From the NCBI GenBank assembly GCA_043228905.1, contig JBHGNT010000017.1:3658001-3722000 (forward strand): 64,000 bases of DNA. Direction: 5' to 3'. The DNA comes from Azolla caroliniana (lineage: Eukaryota > Plantae > Polypodiophyta). Made by a program: the position numbers and the translations under genes. Within the stretch, counting starts at the first letter, position 1. Every line of letters begins with the position of its first letter. Positions 11,298-22,438 of the stretch are shown piece by piece. The notes under the pieces are model-generated. The model was not told the DNA's origin. It made no database searches and saw nothing but the letters and a program-made list of their open reading frames with translations.

Positions 11298-14200
11298 GTT
11301 TTGACAGTTTATGAATATCATCTACATTTTTGGAGTTGTGGATTTATCAAAATTGTTTATGAATATTGTCTACATTTCTTGAGTTGTGAATTTATGGATG
11401 TTAATGAGCACTAAATTTATAGATGATGATATTAAGGATTGCAATGTTACCTCTTATACTTAAAACATTTTCAAGTCTAACTAAGGTGTAATCTTAATCT
11501 CATCAAGATGGTGAAACCATTCATCTTCACTTGTGCCTTCAGTTAACCATTGTGATTTTCTTTAAGTTAACTACATTTCATATCTGCAAACCATCAACAT
11601 TTAAACATTTACTGAAAAACTATTCAATTTTAGAAATTATCATTTTGAAACTTGTGATACTAGTGTATCAAGTTTTTGAAAATTGTCTAAAATCGCAAGA
11701 TTATAAAAGGAATCTATAAATGGAATGCGCAATCCTTCCACTTGTGAACGCGAACGTGTTTAGCCCAGAAATTCCACATGGTTGCACCTGAAACTACATT
11801 TTTCCAGCTTTGCATAAAGACCATGTTCTTGAAGTCGTTTTAGTACTAACAGTACATGAGCAGCATGCTCTTCTTGGGTCTTCGAATAAACCAGTAGATC
11901 ATCCAAATAGATGATCAAACAAACATCCAAGAGATCTTGGAATATATCATTTGCCATGTGTTGGAAGACTGTTGGCACATTAGTGAGGCCGAACGGCATG
12001 ACCGTATACTCGAAGTGCCCATATCTGGTGCGAAATGCGGTCTTCCATTCATCTCGTGGTCGAATCCGTACGAGGTTATATGCTCCCCGTACCTTGCACC
12101 ATTGATCCGTTCTAAAAGACTTGAGATAGGGGGAAGTGCATACCTATTTCTTATGGTGACCTTATTCAAGCCACAGTAATCTACAACGAGACAAAGTGAT
12201 CCATCCTTTTTCTTGACGAAGAAAATGGGTGCGCCGGCTGGAGATTTCAAATGCCGAATGAAACCATTTTCCAAATTCTCCTCTATATAGGTTCAAATGA
12301 CTTCTAGCTCGGTTGATGACAAATTGTAGATCGGTCCCCATGGTGGCTCTTTTCCCGGTTGTAAATCGATGGGGCAATCATACGGTCGATGGTGAGGAAG
12401 CGTATTGGCTTGTACTTTATCAAACACATCGGCATAATGATGATATTTCTTTGAAGTTGAATGGTGGACTCCTCTTTAGTGGTGTCGAAGGGTTCTACTA
12501 ATATTGCAAAGAGAAACATTTCTTCCTTGCGTCCGTCCCGCAACTGATGTAGCGAAATGGTTGCAATCTTATGAGTAGATCCTTGGGCTTGTCGATACCA
12601 GATTTCTCTTGTTCTACAATCTATGTCTGGGTTATGTAATTCGAACCATCGTAATCCTAAAACAATGGGATGTTCTGGGATACTAATTATATTAAATGAT
12701 ACTACACACACTAGATTATCTTGGACAATATTAACGGGCTCTAACTCTTCTATGATATTTCCGGAAGTGATGGGACAACCATCAATGACTACTACAGAGG
12801 TTGGACACGGGAGTTTTCTGAGAGATATCTGATGAGCTTGGGCAAAATTCCTATCCATGAAGCAAGAATTAGCTCCGGAATCTAGAAGTGCTAAGACATG
12901 TACCGGAGGGGTACTTTTAGTACTAACTATTACTTGGGCTATGAACACGTTGCTTACTTGCTTAGAGGGAATGGAACCACTAATGGGCTGCATAGATCTA
13001 GGGTTGTCCAACCAAACGGCTCCTCTTTTGGCTGGACTTAGTCGTTTAACTCTTCTTCTAACTAACTAAGGACATCAAATTTGTTCGCTAGATTTGGGCC
13101 ATTAGTACTATTAGGACTATCATATATTCCTACTGAAATAGACTCAAGTTTAGTACAATTAGAACTAGCAACTATTTGGTTTACCTGTCTTCTTGGCCTA
13201 TGGGGACAATTTACTGCAATATGCCTTGGTCCACCACAATAAAGACATAGTCGATTTGCTCGACATCGCTGCTTTTCTTCTTCCGATAATGGTACGCGAT
13301 GACGTGTAGTGTCAATCTCCATCGAAGTCAGAGTATTCACTGGAGACGCATTATATGACTCCCTCGGAAAAGGTTTCGCTACCACTGAGGCATAGGTGGG
13401 CTCTGATCTTGCCCTCGGCATCTGGAATTGTCATTCCGAACGTCGTTCAAAAAGGCAGTTGTCGCATCTCACCGCGCGACTGATTGCTTCTATTAATGAC
13501 TTTGGTTCTTCGGGGAAGGTCAAGAGTAAATCCTTGACATCGTTGTGTAAACCATAATGAAATTGCTCCATCAATGCTTGACAATCCCAAGGGATATCAG
13601 CGGCGAGTAGGCGGAAATCTGCAGCGTATGCGGAGGCTGGACGATCACCTTGGCGTAATCGTCGGATTTTGTTGATTGTTGTCCATATGCTGTCAATATC
13701 TCTAAAACAGGCTTTAAACTCACTTATAAATTCTTCAAAATTGTTTAGTAATGGAGATTCCTTTTGTAACAACGGAGCAAACCATGCCAATGTTGAGCCA
13801 CTAAGTAGAGTGCCTACTAGTCCCACTCGTGATGCATCGGTGGGATATCGAGAAGGATGCATTTGAATCACTAAACGTACCTGATTCAGAAAACCTCTAA
13901 ACTGTGATCGGGTCCCATCAAATTTTGCAAGAATACCGATCTTGGGTTCTTTGTGAATCATGTGAATCCCTTGAGTGCTTGATCCTTGTTGTAGTGATAC
14001 AATAGTCGCTTCAAGTTGTTGTACACGTAACGTCAACTCCCCATGTTGTTGTTGTTTTACCAACGCTATTTGTTGAAGATCCCCCAACAAACGGTGATTT
14101 TCTTGTTCTAGTGCTATAAATTTCTCTTTTAAGCACTGGAGCTCCGAGAAAACAAATTGGTATTCCTGAGCGCTAACCATTTCCATTTTACTAGGAAGGA

Positions 14201-14327
14201 TAAGAGGATTAGTATGAAGGGAAAAAAGGGGTAAGAAGATGAGGGAAACCGGAAAGAAGACCGGAAAAAAGGGGATATGTAAGAAGATAAAAGGAAGAGG
14301 AGGAAAGGAGGGAAAATCGGTTCAAAC

Positions 14328-14742
14328 TGTCAGGAATAGTACTGAGATAGAGAAGAAATTAGTACTAAGAGAGGAATATTAGTACTAAGAGGAATAGAGG
14401 GTGTAGAACACTCGAGAGAAGGAGAGAGAGCGTGTGTGACTGAGTGAGAGATCGAGGGAGAAAAAATGATGATGACATCGATATATTATGTGAGAAGAAT
14501 ATACAATGAAGGCTAGGAGGCTTAAGACTAGCATTGAACCGATTTGGTTCGAAATAATGCCTTGTGCCTCCTTTTATAGTGTTCTCAGGAGTAGTCCTAA
14601 AGCTTCTAGAATATACATTAATTTTCTATAGTAAAATTTAAATAAAAATAATATCTTATATATTACAATAGATAGTGTAATGGTCAAGAGCTTGACTCAT
14701 ATAACATAAGGTCATGGGTTCGAATTTTGTCATATCATGACA
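14328..14742 (-). repeat. Gypsy-2 5' LTR
   Basis: TG...CA inverted ends. TATAAAA on the minus strand at 14572-14578. Lies directly upstream of the gag leader. Confidence 0.88.
14666..14737 (+). promoter_or_regulatory. tRNA-like cassette in U3 of the Gypsy-2 LTR (antisense to element)
   Basis: A box TAGTGTAATGG at 14673-14683. AGGTCATGGGTTCGAATT at 14709-14726. T8 to G53 spacing is 45 nt. Confidence 0.75.
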
Positions 14743-15230
14743 GTACGAACATTGAGAGGGGATGACACTGGTGATAAAGGCAAAAGGGATTTTGTTTTCC
14801 ACCATTGACAATATCCACTCAACTCCTATCAATGTCAAAGCTCAAGGTGTGTTGGAATTAGTCAGCCCAATAGCTCTTTGGAATCTTTGGAAAAAACGTT
14901 GTAGACATGTCTTTTCCAATCAAACCGTGCATCAAGCAGTGTTATTGCAAGAGATATGGAGTGAAGTTGTAGCTACTCTAGAAAACAAAAAAAGGAAAGT
15001 TGTAGCCACTCTAAAGAGCCAATACGATGGTCTCACATGCGGATCCGATGGAGTCAAAAGACAATGAATAGCCTTCATCCAACAATGGTCGTCCTTTCCC
15101 TTTCTTGAGTCAGTGGGCCTCCATATAAGATGAACTATGGTGTACCTACTAGGACTTGGATACATATAACATTCTCATTTGTAAAATTTTATAACTAATG
15201 GAAAGAGTTTTTTTTTTTTTTTAAAGAAAA
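14743..15230 (+). mobile_element. L1-type LINE ORF2 C-terminal/3' end remnant
   Basis: ELVSPIALWNLWKKRCRHVF resembles the LWxxWxxRCxxVF motif at the end of plant L1 ORF2. Followed by a T/A-rich tail. Confidence 0.6.
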
Positions 15231-15424
15231 AGCAACCACTCAATGCAACCAAGGGCATGTAATAAAATAGATTAAATTATATTCAATGTTCTTATTCATA
15301 TAGAATTCATCAAGTAAAAATGATTAGGTGTAGTGCTTAAATTGCAAAAATGATTGTATGAAGAATGGCTACTAATAAGTATTATGTCAAATTAAACACA
15401 TACTCTCTCTCTAATTATCTTACC

Positions 15425-15615
15425 CTATAGTAAGTTGTTAACACTACAACTTACAAGCACTGCATCTTGGGTTCGAAACCCAATTTTCTCACTTCTTTCT
15501 ATTATATACTTCATTAATATCTCTTAATTCACTAGATACCAATGTGGACTGTAGGGGTTGAACCCATGACCACCTGGTCTCCATTGGGCAACCTTATCAA
15601 CGTGAGCTACATCCA
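15425..15615. other. Two convergent tRNA-like heads outside any intact LTR
   Basis: Plus strand: weak A box TAGTAAGTTGT at 15428 and GGGTTCGAAACC at about 15469-15480. Minus strand 15545-15615: TGGATG-TAGCTCACGTTG-ATAAGGTTGCCCAAT...GGTCATGGGTTCAACCCCTACAGTCCA, a homolog of the Gypsy-1 cassette. Confidence 0.6.
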
Positions 15616-17792
15616 AGTGGATAAAGTATGATATCCTTGAAAATCCTCATTGGACATATCCTTGATCATATGCTTATAATGACGATCTACCAAGTTTATC
15701 CTATCTTTCTGAACTGATCAAGGCCTTGCAAGAATTGGATTGTATTGCCTTCCTTAGGATAATTCGACAAAATTAAGAGTGAATGACTAGTTACTAATGA
15801 GAACATAAAGAAACTCAGTTGGAACAATTGTACCTTGAGAAAGAGGGATGAAAATGTTGTGATTTCATTCAATTGCAAGAATCTCCAAACCTTGTTCTCT
15901 TGCGCAAGGTTTGGGCATTCACTAATGTCATTTCCCAGGACCAAGGTTTGGTTCATTGATTTAGAGTCATTGCGAAAGTGTTCTTCAAATCATTTCACTT
16001 AAATCCTATATGGGTGAGCTATTATTGGTCACCCACCCACCATCCCAACATACTATTAGTGTTAACTTCTTACTTTGATATTATCTTAACTTATTCTATA
16101 TCAAATCGTTGCCTCACTAATGCACAACTTGTCATACGATTAAATTAACAAACAGACACTATTCATTATTCTAAACGTAGATGTCTTATTAGTTACACCC
16201 AAATATGGGTGATTGCCAAAAGTTATATGCTCAATACTTAGTAGGGAATGATCCTATTAGCCTAGATATGACTTTGATACCATGATTTACTATAGTGTTA
16301 CAATGGTAAATGTAAATCTTTGTAATATGTGACATGGAGTATTTATCGAGAATTCATAACCTATGAAACCAAATTCCCACCTAGAATTTTCCATACTTCC
16401 CCATTGCCAAAAGCTTGAGAAGTACCTCCTGGCAAATGGCATTATCTACCTTTGTCATTCTTACATGTCGGTAAAAATAGAAATCTACTATCATTTTTCA
16501 TCATTCTTCTTTGTTATAGATTACTACATATTCAATGTATTAGTAGCTTAAATGCAAGTCTCATCAAGAAGGGTATGTATTGTGTGCAACACAAAAATCA
16601 TGAAGGTGCACTACTTTCATCTTGTGCAGGCATGGTAGGTTAGTTAAACCCTTGTCGTGAGGGTCCTATACAATAAGGGTTTAAAACTTAGAATGCACTT
16701 GGACCTGACTTAGCATGACCCAAAAAGAAGCTAGATTATACAGAGCCTGTGTCTTAAATTCTTTAGTAAACGGGCGCGAATCAACGCGTAAAGCATTAAT
16801 AAGATAATAACTCTTCTAATAAGATGTTTTCGAATGACTAGCGGGTTTCCAATTTAGCCTTGATATAAAGGGACCGACTTATTTTGATGTGAAAGAAAAA
16901 AAAATCAAATGCATATATTTTCGCTAGTTAGGACATTTATCGCTGATGTGTATATTCCCGGAATGTGTGTGTGTGTGTGTACACGTGAATCAAAAGAGAA
17001 ATAGCAAGAATGTCAAGATTGTCCCATAAAGATAACATTTTTGAAGTGTTCCCTTTCAACATGATGTGAGAAGTTTTTCGTGCCGTAAATATTGGTAGCA
17101 ACATTCTCGAAAAGATTTGCAACAATGGTGGTTTAACAGCTTATCGAAATCTCAATACATTTGAGAACCGATCAACTGGTACGCATAGGTAAAAAAATAA
17201 ATCCAATCGAACCGGAAAACAAGAGAATAATGAAGAAAATAAAGACGAACCCAACACAACGTATGCATTTCGTAAATCGTGGCTGAAATGTAAGTACAGC
17301 ATAGCAAGAAAAGAAACTATACCATTCCCTTTTATTCTTTGACATCCTTTTACAAATAATGTGAATCAAACCAAAGCATAATTGGCACATGTGGCTATAG
17401 ATTACGTTTAGATAGTGTGAGCCATGTGACCATGACACACAAGACTACACAATGCACACAATTACCCTCCCACATGGGGCTACGGATACCAACATATTTG
17501 TGACAAAAAAGACCTTTAAGTAATGCCGGAGAATGGGTGACCAAAGCATACCTTCGCGCGTTATACCTTATTCTACACACACAAAAAAGCATAAAAATGG
17601 CATCATAGAACAACTTGTACAAGTGATTTCGAAGAAGTAAGTTCTTCATCAAGAAGATTGTGCAAAGATCTTTAGGGTGAGGGTCATCGGTTCAGGATTG
17701 ATGGGGTTGTGTGTGTTTACAACAAGTTCAAGCTTGGTTCTTGTGCGTGGAGAATGAAATAACCGGACAAGGAGAAGGATCCAACAACAAGA

Positions 17793-18160
17793 TGTCAAGA
17801 AACAAGATATGGTATCTTTTCTTGATTGATAAAAAATGTCCAAAACCCTAGGTCCACAATAGGAATAGGGCTTTTGTATGAAATTGCATCACATTCTTTT
17901 CGATGCTATAATAATGTAGGCTCGTTGGGGTGTATAGACAATGAATCATATTTTGCAACAATCTTTCAGCATTAACATGTTGTCAAGAAACAAGATATGG
18001 TATCTTTTCTTGATTGATCAAAAATGTCCAAAACCCCAGCTCTAGAATAGTGTCGGCCTTTTGTATGAAATTGCATCTCATTCTTTTCTTGATGCTATTA
18101 TGTAGGCTCATGGGGGGTGTCAAACATGAATCATATTTGTAACAATCTTCACCATTAACT
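17793..18160. repeat. Two-copy tandem duplication (~188 bp)
   Basis: TGTCAAGAAACAAGATATGGTATCTTTTCTTGATTGAT begins at 17793 and again at 17981. Confidence 0.85.
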
Positions 18161-18636
18161 AGGACCCTTGAACTTGTCGGACTTGTCTTGTCGCGATGTC
18201 TTGGAACAACATAAAACCCTAAGAGGGCTTTGCGATTCGGCCGTCCGGACGGGCCTGTCATAGGTGCAAGCAAGCAGCCCAATATTGTTTTTCTTTTGGT
18301 CTTCATAATGCAACATAGAGTTGGAATGCATCTCCTCCAATCCCATGGATACTTTGGAAACAATGATGAAAAGATCCTTCATACCTCATTTTGTATTTAG
18401 ACAGGGAGCACAATGTGATGATGCCTGAGTGAAGGAAGTGTGTCACATAACAGAAGGGATTAATGTAGAATAGATTGGGCTGCCATCATCCGATCCTGAC
18501 TGTTAACTTAATCACAAGAAGATCGATATAGCCTCTTTTCCATGTTCTTCTTTACATCCCCTTCGATCGCTCACAAGTCCGTCCTAAACATTATGATACT
18601 GATGAAGAATCGTACGTATCGATCGATCAAACACTG

Positions 18637-18998
18637 TGGCATCAATTCTGTTACATAATGCCGAAATCCGACAAACCCAAACAGTGTGGCATCGATTCTG
18701 TTATATAATGCTGAAATCTGACAAACCCAAACAGTGTTGCATCGATTCCCTTATATAATGCTGAAAATTTTGACAAACTTTAACAACGGTATCGCATCAA
18801 TTCTGTTATATATAATGCCAAAATCTGACAAACCCAAATACGGTGTGTCATCTCGCATCGATTCTGTTATATAATGCCAAAATCTGACAAACCCAAACAC
18901 AGTGTGTCATCGATTCTGTTACATAATGCTGAAATCTGACAAACCCAAACAACAGTTTGGCATTGATTCTGTTATATAATGCCGAAATCCGACAAACG
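18637..18998. repeat. Minisatellite, 7 copies of ~50-60 bp
   Basis: Unit GCATCGATTCTGTTATATAATGCYGAAATCTGACAAACCCAAACAGTG. Confidence 0.92.
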
Positions 18999-19235
18999 AT
19001 TATGTATGAATTCGTGACTCTGATGATGTGAGCCACTTAAGAACCTATTTCTTTCTACTCACAAATGCAGGCAAGTTCTTCACAAATGTATGACAAAAAC
19101 TCAGGCAAGGACACACAACATTTGGAAACAGCATCCGGCCAGAAATAAAAAAGACTAGCTTGTTAGGGTTTAATTTTGCAGGAGAGATGGAGGGTGACCT
19201 AAACAAAAAGATGGGACACAATTTACAGGTAGGAG

Positions 19236-19262
19236 TTAGGGTTTAGGGTTTAGGGTTTAGGG
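19236..19262 (+). repeat. Interstitial plant telomeric repeat / telo-box cluster
   Basis: TTAGGG(TTTAGGG)3, about 40 bp past the MIZ1-like stop codon. Confidence 0.85.
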
Positions 19263-19303
19263 TTCAGTCAGGCACTTCTACACCCAAGATGGGGGGGGAG
19301 TGG

Positions 19304-20842
19304 TTATGGGGGTGATCGATGGAAGAAGATGCTCAGGTCCGGGCCAGAAGCAAAGCCATGGTCTGGGTTGATCATGTAGAAAGCCTGAGAATCACTAGAG
19401 CCAATGACACGCTGGAAAGATGAGCGCAGGTAGAGGACATGGCTATCATCTGAGAGGAGACCAGTGCCAGAAGCAGACACAGAAGCAGAAGCAGAAGCAG
19501 AAGCAGAGGAAGAAGTAGTGCTAGGGTTGGAATCGGAACTGGGGTTGGACAGTGATGAGATAGCCGCAGTTGGGAGGATTCCTGCTCCCATTGAGACTCC
19601 TTGTAGCAGAGACAGGATATGGAGATCGGTTGCAGAGGTCCCCCCCGATCTCCGAACTGCAAATCCAACCTTCCGCCCGTTGCAATGCATGACCCAGGAA
19701 GGCTCGCACAGAAGATCTCCTGTCACGCTCTGCACGCGATGCGATGGCCATCGACGTTGTTGATAGGGAAGCCATCGTTTGCCATGCGATCCCACGCCAT
19801 ATCTGAATTGATCCTCATCATCTTCGTGATCGGTACTGCCACTACTACTGCTGCTGCTACTGCTAAATTGGCCATGATTATCTTGATTCTTGGCGATACG
19901 CAGGTGAGGGCCGAAGGGGAATGCTGCAGAATCCGCAGGATTAACATCGGAAATGCGATGGTGGATTGCATTTCCTGTTCTGACAACAGGAGACGCGGCT
20001 TTCACATGATTGGGGATGATCTTGTGGTTGTGGTCGGGCTCAGATGTGGTCCGTGTGCATTCAAGAGCGATCTTCACAAGCCCTGTCGCCATCTCTCGCA
20101 GCAGAGCACTCGTCTGCATTGGCAGCTCAATTACCACCACCAAGGAGGATGCTTCCTTCTGATGGTCATGGTGATGATTATGGCGATGGCGATGGCGATG
20201 AGCAGAAGGAGATGGAGCCTCTTGCAGGACTAAGCTTATCCTGCCTCGCCTTCTCCCATACAGTGTCCCAGTGACCACCACATTTGACATGGAATCACTA
20301 CCACTGCGATTACTGCAGCTGCTACCTCTGTTTCTTTGCAGGAAAATGCTGGGACGCCTCTCTTTCTTGCCAGAACTGCTCTGATTCTTGTTCTTCTTAT
20401 CGTGAGACACATGGTGATGAGGAGGACCTGCAGAAGAAGCAGAAGCAGATGAAGAAGATGAAGATGAAGATGAAGAATTTGTGCCAATATTTCTGGTGAT
20501 ATGGTGTAGCAGAGATTTAATGGTTCGAAAGAACTTCCATCCACTCATGCTGTAATGAATGCTCATATATTTGCCTTCTCCTTCTCCTTCTTCCTCTTCT
20601 TCTTCTTCTGCTTCTTCTCCTTCTTCCATGGTAGCTTCCTTGTTTGCAGGTTTATTAGCATTGCTCCTTCTGCTTCCATGGTATTGCAGGTAGTGTAAGC
20701 TTAAGCTTCTTGAATAATTCGACTGCCTCTTATTGCCCTGATTACAACTGCCATTGATGCTCTCTGAGTTTCTCCTGCTCAGGCCTTCTAGCTCCCCATT
20801 CTGCATCAAATCCACACAACTATCTGAGTTCCTTCTTGCCAT
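19304..20842 (-). CDS. MIZ1: MIZU-KUSSEI 1-like (DUF617) protein, single exon, 512 aa
   Basis: DUF617 blocks VTGTLYGRRRGRISLVLQE, IELPMQTSALLREMATGLVKIALEC, EPSWVMHCNGRKVGFAVRR, VSMGAGILP, YLRSSFQRVIGSSDSQAFYMINPD, GPDLSIFF. Family assignment only; orthology untested. Confidence 0.93.
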   Translation of the reverse strand: MARRNSDSCVDLMQNGELEGLSRRNSESINGSCNQGNKRQSNYSRSLSLHYLQYHGSRRSNANKPANKEATMEEGEEAEEEEEEEGEGEGKYMSIHYSMSGWKFFRTIKSLLHHITRNIGTNSSSSSSSSSSASASSAGPPHHHVSHDKKNKNQSSSGKKERRPSIFLQRNRGSSCSNRSGSDSMSNVVVTGTLYGRRRGRISLVLQEAPSPSAHRHRHRHNHHHDHQKEASSLVVVIELPMQTSALLREMATGLVKIALECTRTTSEPDHNHKIIPNHVKAASPVVRTGNAIHHRISDVNPADSAAFPFGPHLRIAKNQDNHGQFSSSSSSSSGSTDHEDDEDQFRYGVGSHGKRWLPYQQRRWPSHRVQSVTGDLLCEPSWVMHCNGRKVGFAVRRSGGTSATDLHILSLLQGVSMGAGILPTAAISSLSNPSSDSNPSTTSSSASASASASVSASGTGLLSDDSHVLYLRSSFQRVIGSSDSQAFYMINPDHGFASGPDLSIFFHRSPP

Positions 20843-20914
20843 AGCTAGTCACAATTTTAGAGTAGGAAGCAGAGAAGGTTTATTTATCAAATCAGTAGTG
20901 TGGGAATTGTAAGG

Positions 20915-20983
20915 ATACATACATATTTGAAAGCCAAACAAACATATATGTATACATATGATATACATATGTGTTATGTCTGC

Positions 20984-21014
<31 letters not shown>

Positions 21015-21099
21015 TGTATGTATGTATGTATGCATAAACAACTATACATACACATGCATAGATGGATGGATGGATGAATATATGTATGTATATATGTAC

Positions 21100-21130
<31 letters not shown>

Positions 21131-21597
21131 TGTATGTATGTATGTATGTATGTACGTATGTGCATGCATGAACAACTATACATACACATGTATAGATGGA
21201 TGGATGGATGGGTGAATGTATGTATGTATGTATGTGCATGCATGAACAATTATACATACACATGTATGTATGTATGTATGTATGTATGTATGTATGTATG
21301 TATGTGCATGCATGAAGAACTAACTATACATACACATGTATAGATGGATGAATGGATGTCTTATCTTTCGATGAATGGGTGAATAACCCATTTTTTGTTG
21401 TAAACCAATTGTCTCATGGGCCAATTTTGGCCTTAGAAGACGTCAATATATCTTTCTTTCTTTCTTTGTGAATAAGTATGTACATATGTATGTATGATGT
21501 ATATGGTATGGCTAGTATGTATATGCATTATGTATATCGTATGTATAGTTTATATGATGTATATTGTATGTATAATATGTATGTGGGTATTTTGTCT

Positions 21598-21632
<35 letters not shown>

Positions 21633-21685
21633 ACATCTATGTGTATGTATGTATGGATATGGACATGGATATGGGTATGGATGTC
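20915..21685. repeat. Compound microsatellite (TATG)n/(GATG)n/(GT)n
   Basis: Seen directly. Higher-order repeated blocks ending in AACTATACATACACATG. Confidence 0.95.
21365..21467 (+). mobile_element. 3'-terminal fragment of the LINE family at 51.5-54.9 kb, (CTTT)n tail
   Basis: Near-identical to the reverse complement of 51550-51645. Confidence 0.88.
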
Positions 21686-22390
21686 ATTGAAATTTGAAGG
21701 CCAAGTTGGGGAGGGTATTTCCTGGTAGCAGAAGAGTATTAATTAGTCAAATTTAGCACACATCCCCCAAGGTCCTCTTAGACAAGAGAGGGCCTAATTA
21801 AGAATCCATCCTTCAATTCCTATTCTAAATCCAATAGTTCCCCCATCCCTCCAGGCTCCTCCTCCTCCTCCAAGTTCCAGGCTTATTATTCAAGTGTGTC
21901 CCCAACTAAGTCCATGTTTTCATGCCTCCCTTATTTGAGAGCATCATCATCCCTATCCACATTTGCCTGCCTTCGGTAGTAGCCTCACACACTGTGATTT
22001 TTGTTACCATGGAGGGCCCATTTTATTTAGCACTACCTTCCGACATGCAGGGAATCTTTATCGCCTTCTCCCACAGTATGGGCTTTGTTGGTCGAATTCA
22101 GATCGTTGTTTCTGTTGGCATTACTCCCTCACTTTCAAGCCTCACGCACTCTAGTCTAGATGTTTAGAATCCCCTGACATTGTCTTTTTATGTCGTGTTG
22201 CTCTCGTTTTCGCACCTTGCACTTTGGTTTGCTAATACAATTTAGCATTCTCTTCTATGTGGCAATGTTGTCCATTTCACTCCTTGCTCTCTATAGCTTA
22301 TATTTGTTTGCATTTCGTGCAAATGTTATCCCTTTTCAAACATCTTTGCCTGCCTATACAAAATGAACTTAGTGATGCGATCTTTTCCAA

Positions 22391-22438
22391 AAAGAAAGAA
22401 AGATATATTAACGTCTTCTAAGGCCAAAACTGGCCCAT
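22391..22438 (-). mobile_element. Short 3'-terminal fragment of the same LINE family
   Basis: AAGAAAGATATATTAACGTCTTCTAAGGCCAAAACTGGCCCAT matches 51552-51593. Confidence 0.8.

Larger units (their letters stand above)
11760..14742 (-). mobile_element. Second Tcn1/sushi-like Gypsy element, 3'-truncated within RT
   Basis: 5' LTR at 14328-14742 (TGTCA...TGACA). Gag at 14186-13062 (KFDGTRSQFRGFLNQ, CLYCGGPRHIAVNC). Protease [27 protein letters not shown] ends at EFLG, about 11763. No RNaseH, integrase or 3' LTR seen. Confidence 0.93.

Noticed and set aside
18637-18998. CRISPR-like array
   Set aside because: Units are contiguous with no unique spacers, there are no cas genes and the context is eukaryotic.
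20849-21697. ORFs rich in YIHT/MYVC
   Set aside because: These are translations of (TATG)n and (GT)n microsatellites.
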